From Candidatus Woesearchaeota archaeon (GTDB lineage: Archaea > Nanobdellota > Nanobdellia > Pacearchaeales > GW2011-AR1), in NCBI GenBank assembly GCA_964530955.1, contig CAZHCL010000005.1, forward strand, positions 1 through 46,683: a DNA stretch of 46,683 nt. Direction: 5' to 3'. Each line of letters opens with the position of its first letter. Positions within the stretch are counted from its first letter, which is position 1. The notes beneath the pieces were generated by a model. That model did not search any database and had not been told where the DNA came from. It worked only from the letters and a program-made list of their open reading frames with translations. This document shows positions 8,887 to 17,777 of this stretch, piece after piece. The position numbers and the translations under genes were made by a program.

Positions 8887-9216
8887 ATGGTGCAAATAGT
8901 AGAACTGAGCGAAAAAGAACTGAGTGAAAGACAGGATTACGATCACATTTTGGATACTACTAGAAAATTCTTCCAACAAAATTATCAGGATGCTTATCGT
9001 ATAGACTCTACATCAATAAGTATAGGAATATTTCCCAAAGATGGCTTAGAAGGAAGGCTAATAGTCACACCAGGAACAAGAAGAATAGATATAAATTCTC
9101 CAAACGAATTAGATATTGCAGTTCAATTAGCTACTGCTTATGAGGGAAGTATTAGCGGATCAGAGTTCAAAGTAAAAAAGAATTATGTCGAACCAGACCT
9201 AAAAGAACAAGACTAA
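8887..9216 (+). CDS. Hypothetical protein, 109 aa
   Basis: Clean ORF with own TTTAAATA box at 8858, 29 nt from the ATG; converges on the DUF106 gene; no family recognised. Confidence 0.7.
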   Translation: MVQIVELSEKELSERQDYDHILDTTRKFFQQNYQDAYRIDSTSISIGIFPKDGLEGRLIVTPGTRRIDINSPNELDIAVQLATAYEGSISGSEFKVKKNYVEPDLKEQD

Positions 9217-9737
9217 TGAACTTTTAGGACTTTTCTAAATATGGCTGAGAAGATTATGCTGAAAATCAAATAAGCCCAGAACCAATTCAAAAATCCTAAA
9301 ATATGAACTGGATTTACTGTGAAATAATCATTGAACCATCTGAGGAATAGGACAAAAGGAATTACAGTATACATCAATGGACGCATTGTCATGGGCATTG
9401 TCTTCATTGAAAGTTCCATTGATTTCTTTGAAAGCTCCATTGACTTTGTTGGATTATCTTTCGCAAGCTTCATTTCCTGCTGGACTAATTTTTGTTCTTC
9501 TTTTATTGTTTTCAAAGCATCCTGGTCAGTTGCATATTTTTGCAATAGTGTAGTTATGAGAGTTATCAAACCTACTAGGAAAAGCATTCCTATTGTAACG
9601 TTCCAGGTCAAAAGAACTCCTGCACTTGGATCAAGACCTGCATGAACAATAGTTTTTACATAAGGCACACTTCCCCAAAGGAAAGCTACGCCTAGGCTAA
9701 GCAGCATTACAATGAACATAATTCCGAATCCCTTCAT
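9213..9737 (-). CDS. EMC3/TMCO1 (DUF106) family Oxa1-like membrane insertase
   Basis: TM, coiled-coil (DALKTIKEEQKLVQQEMK), MTMRPLMYTVIPFVLFLRWF, WFWAYLIFSII...RKVL; usual position near secY; SD GAGGAG. Confidence 0.88.
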   Translation of the reverse strand: MKGFGIMFIVMLLSLGVAFLWGSVPYVKTIVHAGLDPSAGVLLTWNVTIGMLFLVGLITLITTLLQKYATDQDALKTIKEEQKLVQQEMKLAKDNPTKSMELSKKSMELSMKTMPMTMRPLMYTVIPFVLFLRWFNDYFTVNPVHILGFLNWFWAYLIFSIIFSAIFRKVLKVH

Positions 9738-9857
9738 TTTTTCTCCTCTTTTGAATTAGTTTTCATGTTATTTAAATATGAGTTTTTGGATTTTTGAAAT
9801 GAATATCTATTTTCATGCATTAGAAATATTTAAGAATTAATCACTTTTATCGAACTT

Positions 9858-10565
9858 ATGTTATTTTACGAGAATTTATTAAAGTATATTGAAGGGCAGA
9901 GAGAAAAATTAGAAGTATTAAGATTTGCTAATATACCTGATAGGGGTTTAATTATTAAGGTTCTTTTGCCTGATAGAAATCAGGATAGAGCTGCAAACTT
10001 AGATACTTACTCTTTAACATATGAAGTTGAACAGATTGAAATTGATTGTTTAGGAATAAAGGGAGAAAGACATAGAAGAATAAGCAGACCTTCTACTGGA
10101 AGAGAAAAGTTAATCTATCCTAAAGGAACTTTGATAAGAGAACACAGACATATTGTTGCAGTTTCTCCTTACGATTGTAAAATTTTAAGTGATAAGTTAG
10201 AGGTTGAAGTTACACCTGAACTACTCGGAGCTAATTTGGTAATAGGAAGAGAAGATGGGCAAGATTATTCTCTTTCTGCATTGCCCGAATATTCATATTT
10301 ACTGATTGCAGAAAAAGAAAATAGAGAGCTTCCTAAACCACCATTGGCTACTCTTAGACATTACACTTTACAGCAGGGTTGCGGAATTACTGGTAATTCT
10401 ATTTCTAAAAATTATGATAATAAAAGTCTAACTCAAAAATTTGTAGTTGAATCTAAAGAAAATAGAGGAATTCTCTGCTCGGTTGAACATCCAGCTGAAA
10501 AGTTTGCAATTATAAAAGCAGGACAAAAAGTATTTTTTAGATTTCCTATGGGAATTACTCCTTAG
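9858..10565 (+). CDS. MOSC-domain (molybdenum cofactor sulfurase C-terminal-like) protein
   Basis: G.KGERH..I.RPS.GR....YPKGT.IR..RHI..VS, PELLGANLVI, conserved Cys (QQGC), RGILCSVE. Confidence 0.7.
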   Translation: MLFYENLLKYIEGQREKLEVLRFANIPDRGLIIKVLLPDRNQDRAANLDTYSLTYEVEQIEIDCLGIKGERHRRISRPSTGREKLIYPKGTLIREHRHIVAVSPYDCKILSDKLEVEVTPELLGANLVIGREDGQDYSLSALPEYSYLLIAEKENRELPKPPLATLRHYTLQQGCGITGNSISKNYDNKSLTQKFVVESKENRGILCSVEHPAEKFAIIKAGQKVFFRFPMGITP

Positions 10566-10567
10566 GA

Positions 10568-11965
10568 TCAGGCAATCATTTTTCTTAACGAAGGATGCAT
10601 GTCGACTGCGTGAGTCTGAGCGATATTCTGATAAAGCTGATAGGTTATCATGACTGCAAGAAGAATTGCTGTTCCTGAAGTTAATGCACCTAAAATATCT
10701 GCGAAAGCTGAAAGAGCTCCAACTGCAAGACCGCCCATAATTGTCAAAGGAAGAATGTATCTCTTTAGGATTGATTCAAGAACTCTCTGGTCTTTTCTGA
10801 ATCCAGGTATTTGTAAACCTGAGGCAATTATTTTCTTTGCCTGACTTGCTTCATCCATTCCAGAAGTTTTTACCCAAAGAACTGCGAATAACGCAGAGAT
10901 TAACATGAAGAATATAAGATGAGTTATTGCCTGGAAAAATATTGAAACGGGAACTGTACTGAATCCTCCGTTTCTGATTAAAGTATCAACTATATTTGAA
11001 TTGCCAAGCCAGAATGAAAGACCTGAGACTGCTTGACCATTTTGGAAATTACCCAGGAAAGTTGCATGACCCAAGGCATTTTGCAAAAGACCTCCAAAGA
11101 GCTGAATGTTTGCAACTAGAGCAGCAGTAAGAATGACTGGAATGTTGGATGCATAGAAGAATGCAAGAGGCCACTTGACTCCATATCCTCTCAACTTTTC
11201 ATAGCTTAATGGAATTTCAACTTTAAGATTCTGCGCCCAGACAACTGCAAGGAAAATTACTATCGTGAAAATTATTGCCGCAAGTGCAGAAACAAGTTCT
11301 TTTGGAGCTGGATTTATTATAGATTGGATAATAATTAATATCTTTCCTGCGCAGGCTGTTCCTCCACTGAAATTGGAAAGACAGTTTGCTCCACCCGTTC
11401 CTATGAACTGAATCAAACCTGAAACTATTCTCCATGAAACTCCTGCAACTATGAAAAGAGAAACTCCTGAACCAAATCCCCACTTGGTTGTTACTTCATC
11501 CATGAGCATTATTGCAAGACCTCCAAGTATAAGCTGAACAATAACTATCCAGGAAAATCCTGGAACTGCCTGAAGTCCTCCCATCACTACATACACAAGC
11601 GCTTCAAAAATGATGAAGAATAGTACTCCCAATTTTTGCAGACCTTGGAAATATTTTTTACCATCTGTTGTTGTTACATCTATTTTCAGTATTCCTGAAC
11701 CTACAAGTAACTGAAGAATAATAGAGGCCATGACTATAGGACCTATACCTAAACTGATTACGCTTCCAAAGTCAGTTCCGAGAATTATTGCAAGATATTC
11801 AAATCTATCAAGAGAGTTTTTTGCCAGACCGTAAAGAGGAATATTTGCAAGAAGGAAAAACGCAGCTAATATTATTAAAGTCCATTTGAACTTTTTATTA
11901 AAAGAAAGTTTCTCTTTTGGATGCCTCACTTCAGGAAGATTGTATAAAAGACTTTTCAAATCCAT
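10568..11965 (-). CDS. secY: Preprotein translocase subunit SecY
   Basis: LGIGPIVMASIILQLL, MDEVTTKWGFGSGVSLFI, FFYASNIPVIL, GLQIPGFRKD, SGTAILLAV. Confidence 0.97.
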   Translation of the reverse strand: MDLKSLLYNLPEVRHPKEKLSFNKKFKWTLIILAAFFLLANIPLYGLAKNSLDRFEYLAIILGTDFGSVISLGIGPIVMASIILQLLVGSGILKIDVTTTDGKKYFQGLQKLGVLFFIIFEALVYVVMGGLQAVPGFSWIVIVQLILGGLAIMLMDEVTTKWGFGSGVSLFIVAGVSWRIVSGLIQFIGTGGANCLSNFSGGTACAGKILIIIQSIINPAPKELVSALAAIIFTIVIFLAVVWAQNLKVEIPLSYEKLRGYGVKWPLAFFYASNIPVILTAALVANIQLFGGLLQNALGHATFLGNFQNGQAVSGLSFWLGNSNIVDTLIRNGGFSTVPVSIFFQAITHLIFFMLISALFAVLWVKTSGMDEASQAKKIIASGLQIPGFRKDQRVLESILKRYILPLTIMGGLAVGALSAFADILGALTSGTAILLAVMITYQLYQNIAQTHAVDMHPSLRKMIA

Positions 11966-11974
11966 ATTGCATAG

Positions 11975-11994
11975 AAAAAAAAGAAGTTTTTAAA
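11975..11994 (-). promoter_or_regulatory. secY TATA box (TTTAAAAA, 11994-11987) followed by a T8 tract that may terminate the ribosomal operon
   Basis: Box is 29 nt upstream of the secY ATG; T8 at 11982-11975 lies about 50 nt after the rpl15 stop. Confidence 0.55.
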
Positions 11995-12028
11995 CCTTGG
12001 TTTTACGTTTACTGAGGAGAATAAAGAA

Positions 12029-12505
12029 TTATTTCTTTGCGTTTTCTTTCTTGGCTTCTTCTTTAGCTGCCTTATTTGATTCGGAAGCAGCATATTCAAG
12101 CGTTATCTCTGAACCAGATTTCTTAATCTTGTCAAGAGCTGAGGCAGAAGCTTTGGATGCTTTTATCTTCAGCTTTCCTTTAATTTCTCCCTCGCCAAGC
12201 ACTTTATAGCCCGATAGGTCGATTATTCCATCTTTTCCTGGTGCCTTTAGCATTATTGATGATAGATTGATTATCTCAAGCTTTGGAGCAACATTTCCTC
12301 TGCGTAATGCTTTGTCCTTTCCGAAATAATTATTTCCACCTGTTAAATTGATTACAAGAGATTTCTTTTGGTCTCCTCTCTTTCCTGTTCCTGCCATTCC
12401 AACTCCTCCCTGACTTCCAGATGCACGAGTTCTACTTCTTCTTCCTCTCTTGGCGGTCTGTCCTCCTCTATACCTTCCTGACTTTCGTCTTTTTTTCATT
12501 CTCAT
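12029..12505 (-). CDS. rpl15: 50S ribosomal protein uL15
   Basis: RG...GGVGMAG.GKR, IINLSSI, GYKVLGEG, ASASALDKIKKSG; directly upstream of secY. Confidence 0.93.
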   Translation of the reverse strand: MRMKKRRKSGRYRGGQTAKRGRRSRTRASGSQGGVGMAGTGKRGDQKKSLVINLTGGNNYFGKDKALRRGNVAPKLEIINLSSIMLKAPGKDGIIDLSGYKVLGEGEIKGKLKIKASKASASALDKIKKSGSEITLEYAASESNKAAKEEAKKENAKK

Positions 12506-12714
12506 TTTTTCCTCCTTGAAGTCTTTGCCTTCTTAACTGTTTTAAGCTTTGGCTCTTCAAGCATTTCTTTCTGTCTTTCCTCTGCAATTTCCTCAGGCAT
12601 TTTTATAAAATTATTAACTTTGCCGCAGCTTTCACATTCTTCAGGCTCTTCTTCGCTATACTGAACATTGCTGCAGGAGCATTCCCACATGAAACCTGAA
12701 CTTGAAAGAGTCAT
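12502..12714 (-). CDS. Rubredoxin-like metal-binding microprotein with basic tail
   Basis: WECSC-x13-CESCG...F; overlaps the rpl30 stop (1 nt) and the rpl15 start (4 nt). Confidence 0.75.
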   Translation of the reverse strand: MTLSSSGFMWECSCSNVQYSEEEPEECESCGKVNNFIKMPEEIAEERQKEMLEEPKLKTVKKAKTSRRKK

Positions 12715-13130
12715 TACAACATTCTCCTAACAAGGTCATTTATCTTTGCCTTGTTATCGCCAAGAACTCCTTTCCTGATAGGGAAGTGCACTTTAGCATC
12801 GATTCCGCCTCTTGGTGGATGTAATCTGAAAAATGGCTTTATATCTAGATCAGACAAATCTTTTTTCTTTAGCTGCTCAACTACTGTTTTAGCATCAATC
12901 TTTTTGTTTCCAACAGACTGAGCTCTTTTCTGAATCAAAAGAGAAAGAGTTTCATCATCCAAGTCACCATAGGCAACAAAGTCTCTTACATTTCTTAATA
13001 ATTTGAGATTTTCAGGAGTCTCTCTAAGTAAAATTGCTGAATATTTTCTTCTCAATCTCATTCTTGATAAAGTTTCACTTACCACACTTGAAACTTCAAC
13101 CAATCCAGATATTCTTATTACTAATATCAT
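12714..13130 (-). CDS. rpl30: 50S ribosomal protein uL30
   Basis: VIRISG, TLSRMRLRRK, VRDFVAYG, FRLHPPRGG, INDLVRRML. Confidence 0.95.
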   Translation of the reverse strand: MILVIRISGLVEVSSVVSETLSRMRLRRKYSAILLRETPENLKLLRNVRDFVAYGDLDDETLSLLIQKRAQSVGNKKIDAKTVVEQLKKKDLSDLDIKPFFRLHPPRGGIDAKVHFPIRKGVLGDNKAKINDLVRRML

Positions 13131-13933
13131 TTCAATATCTCCTGATTTGTCTTTTTAAGTGCATCTATTATTGCTTTTGCAATGTTGAATGTGGTTCTTG
13201 TCTGTCCTTTTGTGACTGCATAGACATCTTTGATACCTGCTAATCTCAATACTTTCTTTCCTTCATCACCAATAACTAATCCGGTTCCTCTTGGTGCAGG
13301 AATAAGTTTTATTCTTATTGAACCGCATTTGCCCTCGACAACGAATGGAACTGTGTGCGCTTCGGATCCTTTCTGCTCTTCAGTTTCAAATCCGAGGGTT
13401 ACTTTGATAACGTTAAGTCTTGCATTTCTTAATGCTTTAGCTCTTGAAGGAAGAGTTTCCTTAGATTTTCCATATCCTATTCCTACATGGCCTTTCTTAT
13501 CGCCTACAACTGCCATGCATGAGAATGTTACGACATTTCCTTCCATTGTCTTTCTCTGAGTCTGTCTCCAGGCTCTTCTCTTTCCGCCTCCAAACTTTCC
13601 TTTTGACTGGCCAACTAGAAGAAGATCTGATTCAAGTGGAATTAAAGTATCAACAATTTCTGCTTCAAGAATTTTTTTGCCTGATGCAACAATATCATCA
13701 AATTTCTTTATTTTTCCTTCTTTGACTAATCTTCCAAGAGCAGTCTTTGGAACCCAGGAAGCGAGTGCTTTCTTTGCATCTTCGTCTTCTCTCTTTTCTC
13801 TTCTTGAGAATTTTGGTTTTTGCTCAATTATTACTTCTCCTTCTGCTGTCTTCTGCACTTCTAACTTTGATAGTTCTTCTGGAACTGCCTCAATCATATC
13901 TTTAATCTGGTTTTTTGTATCTTTTTCTGCCAT
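13127..13933 (-). CDS. rps5: 30S ribosomal protein uS5
   Basis: WVPKTALGRLVKEG, GQSKGKFGGGKRR, VGDKKGHVGIG, GKCGS..IKLIPAPRGTGLV. Confidence 0.96.
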   Translation of the reverse strand: MAEKDTKNQIKDMIEAVPEELSKLEVQKTAEGEVIIEQKPKFSRREKREDEDAKKALASWVPKTALGRLVKEGKIKKFDDIVASGKKILEAEIVDTLIPLESDLLLVGQSKGKFGGGKRRAWRQTQRKTMEGNVVTFSCMAVVGDKKGHVGIGYGKSKETLPSRAKALRNARLNVIKVTLGFETEEQKGSEAHTVPFVVEGKCGSIRIKLIPAPRGTGLVIGDEGKKVLRLAGIKDVYAVTKGQTRTTFNIAKAIIDALKKTNQEILK

Positions 13934-13934
13934 T

Positions 13935-14411
13935 TTACATTGACTTCCTCATTTTATCGAATATTCCAAAAGTATTTTTATTTCTACCAATCTCTTCTAT
14001 TGAAGGAAGTGACTTTTCATTGTGAGGTATTGTAATTCCTGAATCGATTACTCCTCTAAGAGCAGCATAAATTCTTGATTTCTGAATGTTTCTGTACATT
14101 CCCATGTCTAATATTGCTGTTTTTACTTTGTCCTTTGCCATTTTACCAAGGACAAATCCTGCAAGATAACATGCTGGCAAACTCTTAAGGCTTCCTTTCT
14201 TGTCTTTTGGCCAACCCTTTGAAAGTAATATTTCTGAACTTGTTCCTACAATAACTTTATCCTGCGCAATTGAAGATTCAACAAATTGGACGATAATATA
14301 TCTGTTTGTCTTTCTTATAACTAATCTTGGCTTGTTAGACTTAAGCAAAGCTAATCTTGCTTTGTAATCTGTCTTTGCCTGCAATCTTCTTTGTCTTATT
14401 GATCTTGCCAT
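13935..14411 (-). CDS. rpl18: 50S ribosomal protein uL18 (short)
   Basis: RRLQAKTDYKARLALLKS.KPRLVIRKTN, SLPACYLAG, IYAALRGVIDSG..IPH. Confidence 0.95.
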   Translation of the reverse strand: MARSIRQRRLQAKTDYKARLALLKSNKPRLVIRKTNRYIIVQFVESSIAQDKVIVGTSSEILLSKGWPKDKKGSLKSLPACYLAGFVLGKMAKDKVKTAILDMGMYRNIQKSRIYAALRGVIDSGITIPHNEKSLPSIEEIGRNKNTFGIFDKMRKSM

Positions 14412-14819
14412 TTAATTTTTCCCAGAGCTGATAACTTCCTTCAGATGGCTCTTGCTTCTGAACATTGATGCTTTTATCTGCTTCCTTATTTTTTGATATT
14501 GCTCTTCTGGAAGCTTTTCTTGCTTTCTTAATTCCTGCGCATAGGCTCTAAGCTTTCTTGTTATTATAATATAATTTCTCTTTCCCTTCTTTACTTTCTT
14601 TCTTATACTTCCATATCTTCTTCTTGTCTTTCTTGTCTGCTTTGTTCTTCTTCCAGACAATTCTCCTATCAAGATAGCTCCGCTTGCATTCAAATCCCTT
14701 ATATCCTGCCTTGTTATTGCTTCCTTAATCTCTGCAAGTCTTTCTATATTGAAAATTATTTTTTCTTTACCAACGTTCAAAGTTTTTGCTGCGAGTGCTT
14801 TTTTCTTTCTTAAATTCAT
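14412..14819 (-). CDS. rpl19e: 50S ribosomal protein eL19
   Basis: KKALAAKTLNVG, AITRQDIRDL, GSIRKK, IRKQIKASMFRSK.HL. Confidence 0.92.
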   Translation of the reverse strand: MNLRKKKALAAKTLNVGKEKIIFNIERLAEIKEAITRQDIRDLNASGAILIGELSGRRTKQTRKTRRRYGSIRKKVKKGKRNYIIITRKLRAYAQELRKQEKLPEEQYQKIRKQIKASMFRSKSHLKEVISSGKN

Positions 14820-15166
14820 TTTTTGGCTCCTTCATTTGCTATCTTAAGATTCATCTCTGTTGCTTTTTTAAGAATTTCGATTTTCTTTTTTGCTCCAATT
14901 CTTCTTGAAATTATTGCAATATTATTCTTGCTTAGTTTTTGCAATTCCTGAATATTATTTACTAAGACGGGAAGCAAACCTTTTACTCTTCCAGAGGTTG
15001 CTCTTGGAGTTCCGAATCCAATTTCAGGCTGAATAGGATAACTAAATCTCTTTAATCTTGTCTTATTATGCTTTCCTCTTGGTCTTCTCCATTTTTGTAA
15101 CTTTGGTCTTCCTTTTCCTAATCTCGAATGTCTGTGAGTATCTACTCTTACGAATCTTGTTTTCAT
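14816..15166 (-). CDS. rpl32e: 50S ribosomal protein eL32
   Basis: F.R.D.H...RL, KWRRPRG.HNK, IGFGTP, GLLPVLVNN, IGAKKK. Confidence 0.93.
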   Translation of the reverse strand: MKTRFVRVDTHRHSRLGKGRPKLQKWRRPRGKHNKTRLKRFSYPIQPEIGFGTPRATSGRVKGLLPVLVNNIQELQKLSKNNIAIISRRIGAKKKIEILKKATEMNLKIANEGAKK

Positions 15167-15708
15167 TTTGCCACTCCTATTGGTTTTTCAGTTATAAATA
15201 TTCCATCCTGGAAAATTCTTCTGTCCCTGTTTCTTATTTTTGTTGCTTTTTCAATGTTTGTTGCTGCTTTTCCTGCTGCTTCCTTATCATGGGAAGTAAT
15301 AGTTATTTTCAAACCCTTGACTTCGACTTCTGCTCCAGTTGGAATTACAGCTCTTCTTGGAACTTTTTCTCCAAGAAAATTATTTATGACCAATGCATGG
15401 GGCTCAACCTTAAGAGTCATAGGAAAGTGAACATTGCACGCTTCCAATCTGTAGGTATATTTATTGTCAAGTCCAGAGAATAAATTCTTTATGTGAGCGA
15501 TATTTGTTTTTATAAATTTAAGCTCATTCTTATTTCCCTTTTCTGCAGTAAGGATTATTTTATTTCCTCTTATTTCTACTTTTACAGAAGGAATATTAAT
15601 TATTCTTTCAAGATTCAAAGAGCCTTTTGATGCTGTGAATGTTTTTCCTGAGAAAGTGCATGAGATACCTGCTGGTATTTCCATTTCTTCCTGAATTTTC
15701 ATTTTCAT
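15163..15708 (-). CDS. rpl6: 50S ribosomal protein uL6
   Basis: HFPMTL, INNFLGEKVPR, DKEAAGKAATNIE, RDRRIFQDGIFIT. Confidence 0.96.
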   Translation of the reverse strand: MKMKIQEEMEIPAGISCTFSGKTFTASKGSLNLERIINIPSVKVEIRGNKIILTAEKGNKNELKFIKTNIAHIKNLFSGLDNKYTYRLEACNVHFPMTLKVEPHALVINNFLGEKVPRRAVIPTGAEVEVKGLKITITSHDKEAAGKAATNIEKATKIRNRDRRIFQDGIFITEKPIGVAK

Positions 15709-16082
15709 TAGTACAAATAAGCAATTAAGCTTCCTCCTAAGTTTTTATCCTGAGCAGTCTGATGAGTCATCAATCCCTGACTTGTTGAAACTATTAATAT
15801 TCCAAGATTCTTTGCAGGAAGATATCTCTTGACATACTTGTCAATATCCTTTACTTTTACAACAAAACGAGGTTTGATTGCTTTGCAGCCAGTAATATTT
15901 CCAAATTCAATTGTTAAAATTCTTCCATCTACTTTGTAGCTCTTTACATATCCTTTCAATTTTGCTATTGCAAGAACTGAGATAAGGAACTTGGAGTGGC
16001 GACTGACAGTAAGGCTTGTTTTTCCTGACTTTCTAGCATTCATCATCTTGTTCAAAGCGTCTGAAACTATATCTTGACTCAT
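15708..16082 (-). CDS. rps8: 30S ribosomal protein uS8
   Basis: DIVSDAL..MMNA, AIKPRF.VK, YLPA..LGILIVSTSQGLMTH..A...NLGG.LIAY. Confidence 0.96.
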   Translation of the reverse strand: MSQDIVSDALNKMMNARKSGKTSLTVSRHSKFLISVLAIAKLKGYVKSYKVDGRILTIEFGNITGCKAIKPRFVVKVKDIDKYVKRYLPAKNLGILIVSTSQGLMTHQTAQDKNLGGSLIAYLY

Positions 16083-16083
16083 G

Positions 16084-16314
16084 TTAACTGTATTTTTTGA
16101 AACCGATTTCTTCAGCTATCTCCCTGAAGCACTGTCGGCACAAATTTAGATTATATTGACTTAGGTGAGCACCAAATCTACCGCATCTTTCACATTTCTT
16201 TGAAGCGATTCCCATTGTTCTGTCCTTTGGCTTGTTATGTCTCATGAATTTATTGAAGACTACTGGCTTTGTTTTCAATTGCTTTCCTACTTTATTCCAA
16301 TCGCTTGCAGTCAT
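16084..16314 (-). CDS. rps14: 30S ribosomal protein uS14 (zinc-binding) with N-terminal extension
   Basis: CERCGR...[20 protein letters not shown]. Confidence 0.95.
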   Translation of the reverse strand: MTASDWNKVGKQLKTKPVVFNKFMRHNKPKDRTMGIASKKCERCGRFGAHLSQYNLNLCRQCFREIAEEIGFKKYS

Positions 16315-16586
16315 CTTAGTCCTCCCGATATTACTTTAAATTCTGGAGAAAAATGAATCATACTATTAACTTTAATCGATAATTCTGGGCCTCTTAGGTC
16401 ATGAAGTTGATCTAATAATGTGGCAACTGAGTTTACTACTCTGACTCCATCCATATCAGAAGGATTATCAAAATAAAATCCTCTTCCAGAATATTGCTCA
16501 ATAATACTATTTGCCAAACCGTATGCGATATTACCTGCTAAAGTCCTTAGTTGTTCTCTTTCCATATTTAATTGGTCTTCTCCCAT
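16311..16586 (-). CDS. Hypothetical protein, 91 aa, inside the spc operon
   Basis: Starts 1 nt after the rpl5 stop and overlaps the rps14 start (ATGA); no family recognised. Confidence 0.75.
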   Translation of the reverse strand: MGEDQLNMEREQLRTLAGNIAYGLANSIIEQYSGRGFYFDNPSDMDGVRVVNSVATLLDQLHDLRGPELSIKVNSMIHFSPEFKVISGGLR

Positions 16587-16587
16587 T

Positions 16588-17160
16588 TTAACTGAAAGAT
16601 GTTTTAAACATCGCCTCCATATATTTGATTATTTCTTCTTTTGCTACCTGCTGTCTCTTTGGGAATCTGCCTGACTTGATTTTCTTTAGTCTTACTCTTG
16701 AACCAGGTCTGCTGAAAACAATAGTAACGTTAAATCCTCTTATTCCTATATCTCTTTGATATTCAAGGCCTGGAATTTCAATATACTCTTCAAGTCCAAA
16801 TGAGAAATGATTATCAGTAATTTGTTTTTTCTTTAATTTATTATCTATTGCTCCGAGAAGTCTTTTTAGAAGTTCAATTGCTTCCTTATTTCTTAATGTG
16901 ACTCTTGTTCCTACTTCAAGTCCAGGTCTTACACCAAAATCAGGAATTCTCTTTTTAGACTGGACTATCTGAGCCTTATGTGCAGAAACTAATTCCAATA
17001 ATTTCTTTGACTTTACTAAATCATCTCCTACTGCGCCTGCGCTGAGAACTACTTTCTCGATGAATATTTCTTGCATTGGATTATTTGCATTTTTTACTTT
17101 TACTTTTGCAGGAGCTTTTGCCTTTGCTGTTGCAGAAGGTTGAACTAATTGCTGTTTCAT
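16588..17160 (-). CDS. rpl5: 50S ribosomal protein uL5
   Basis: NPMQEIFIEKVVL, IPDFGVRPG..VG..VTLR, FSFGLEEYIEIPG..Y..DIGI.G. Confidence 0.96.
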   Translation of the reverse strand: MKQQLVQPSATAKAKAPAKVKVKNANNPMQEIFIEKVVLSAGAVGDDLVKSKKLLELVSAHKAQIVQSKKRIPDFGVRPGLEVGTRVTLRNKEAIELLKRLLGAIDNKLKKKQITDNHFSFGLEEYIEIPGLEYQRDIGIRGFNVTIVFSRPGSRVRLKKIKSGRFPKRQQVAKEEIIKYMEAMFKTSFS

Positions 17161-17777
17161 AATACTACTACTGCACTCGCAGGAATGCTGGTAGAACCTC
17201 CATTTACTTTTATTGAAACTTTTCCGTCCTTAATTGAATCTATTTTTACTGTTTTTCCCATATATCTTCCAGAGATAACTAGAGATTCTTTATCTTTTGA
17301 AAGTGGAATATGCTTCTTTATCTTTCCATCCAATCCTAAATAAATTGAATCGTTTACAGTTATTTTATCCTTTGAAAGAACATTTGTTCCGTCATGAAGA
17401 TTTAACTGGATTGTATTTCCCTTAAGAAGTTTTTTGCTTACAACTTTGCAAAGTCTTGCATCCTTATGGGATGCAGGCTGGAAAAAGAATTTTTTAGTTT
17501 CAAGAAGAGATAATTCATAGGGCTTGCCTGCTTCAAAGACATTGAAAAGTCTTATGCTTTCACGATAGTCTTCAACTTGCCTTCCGTTAATTTTAAGAGC
17601 TTTATTTTTTATCATTCCTCTTACTTCTTTTGCTGTTCTTGCAAGCTTGAGCATATCTCTTACTGCAATAACAACAGGAACTGAATTATTTATGTGAGAA
17701 GAAGCTCTTGCTATATATTTTGTGCCTTTTCTTTCAATTGGCAACTTTGTTGTTGAGTGTATTCTAGTTTGATGCAT
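17157..17777 (-). CDS. rps4e: 30S ribosomal protein eS4 (short)
   Basis: PIERKGTKY, VRDMLKLA.TAKEV, KINGR, RLCKVV.K, IQLNLHDGTN. Confidence 0.92.
   Translation of the reverse strand: MHQTRIHSTTKLPIERKGTKYIARASSHINNSVPVVIAVRDMLKLARTAKEVRGMIKNKALKINGRQVEDYRESIRLFNVFEAGKPYELSLLETKKFFFQPASHKDARLCKVVSKKLLKGNTIQLNLHDGTNVLSKDKITVNDSIYLGLDGKIKKHIPLSKDKESLVISGRYMGKTVKIDSIKDGKVSIKVNGGSTSIPASAVVVL

Noticed and set aside
9734-9766. uORF MKTNSKEEKK* with ATGA overlap onto the DUF106 gene
   Set aside because: Its ATG is 3 nt from the TATA box (9776-9769), upstream of the predicted start site near 9747, so it is probably not transcribed.
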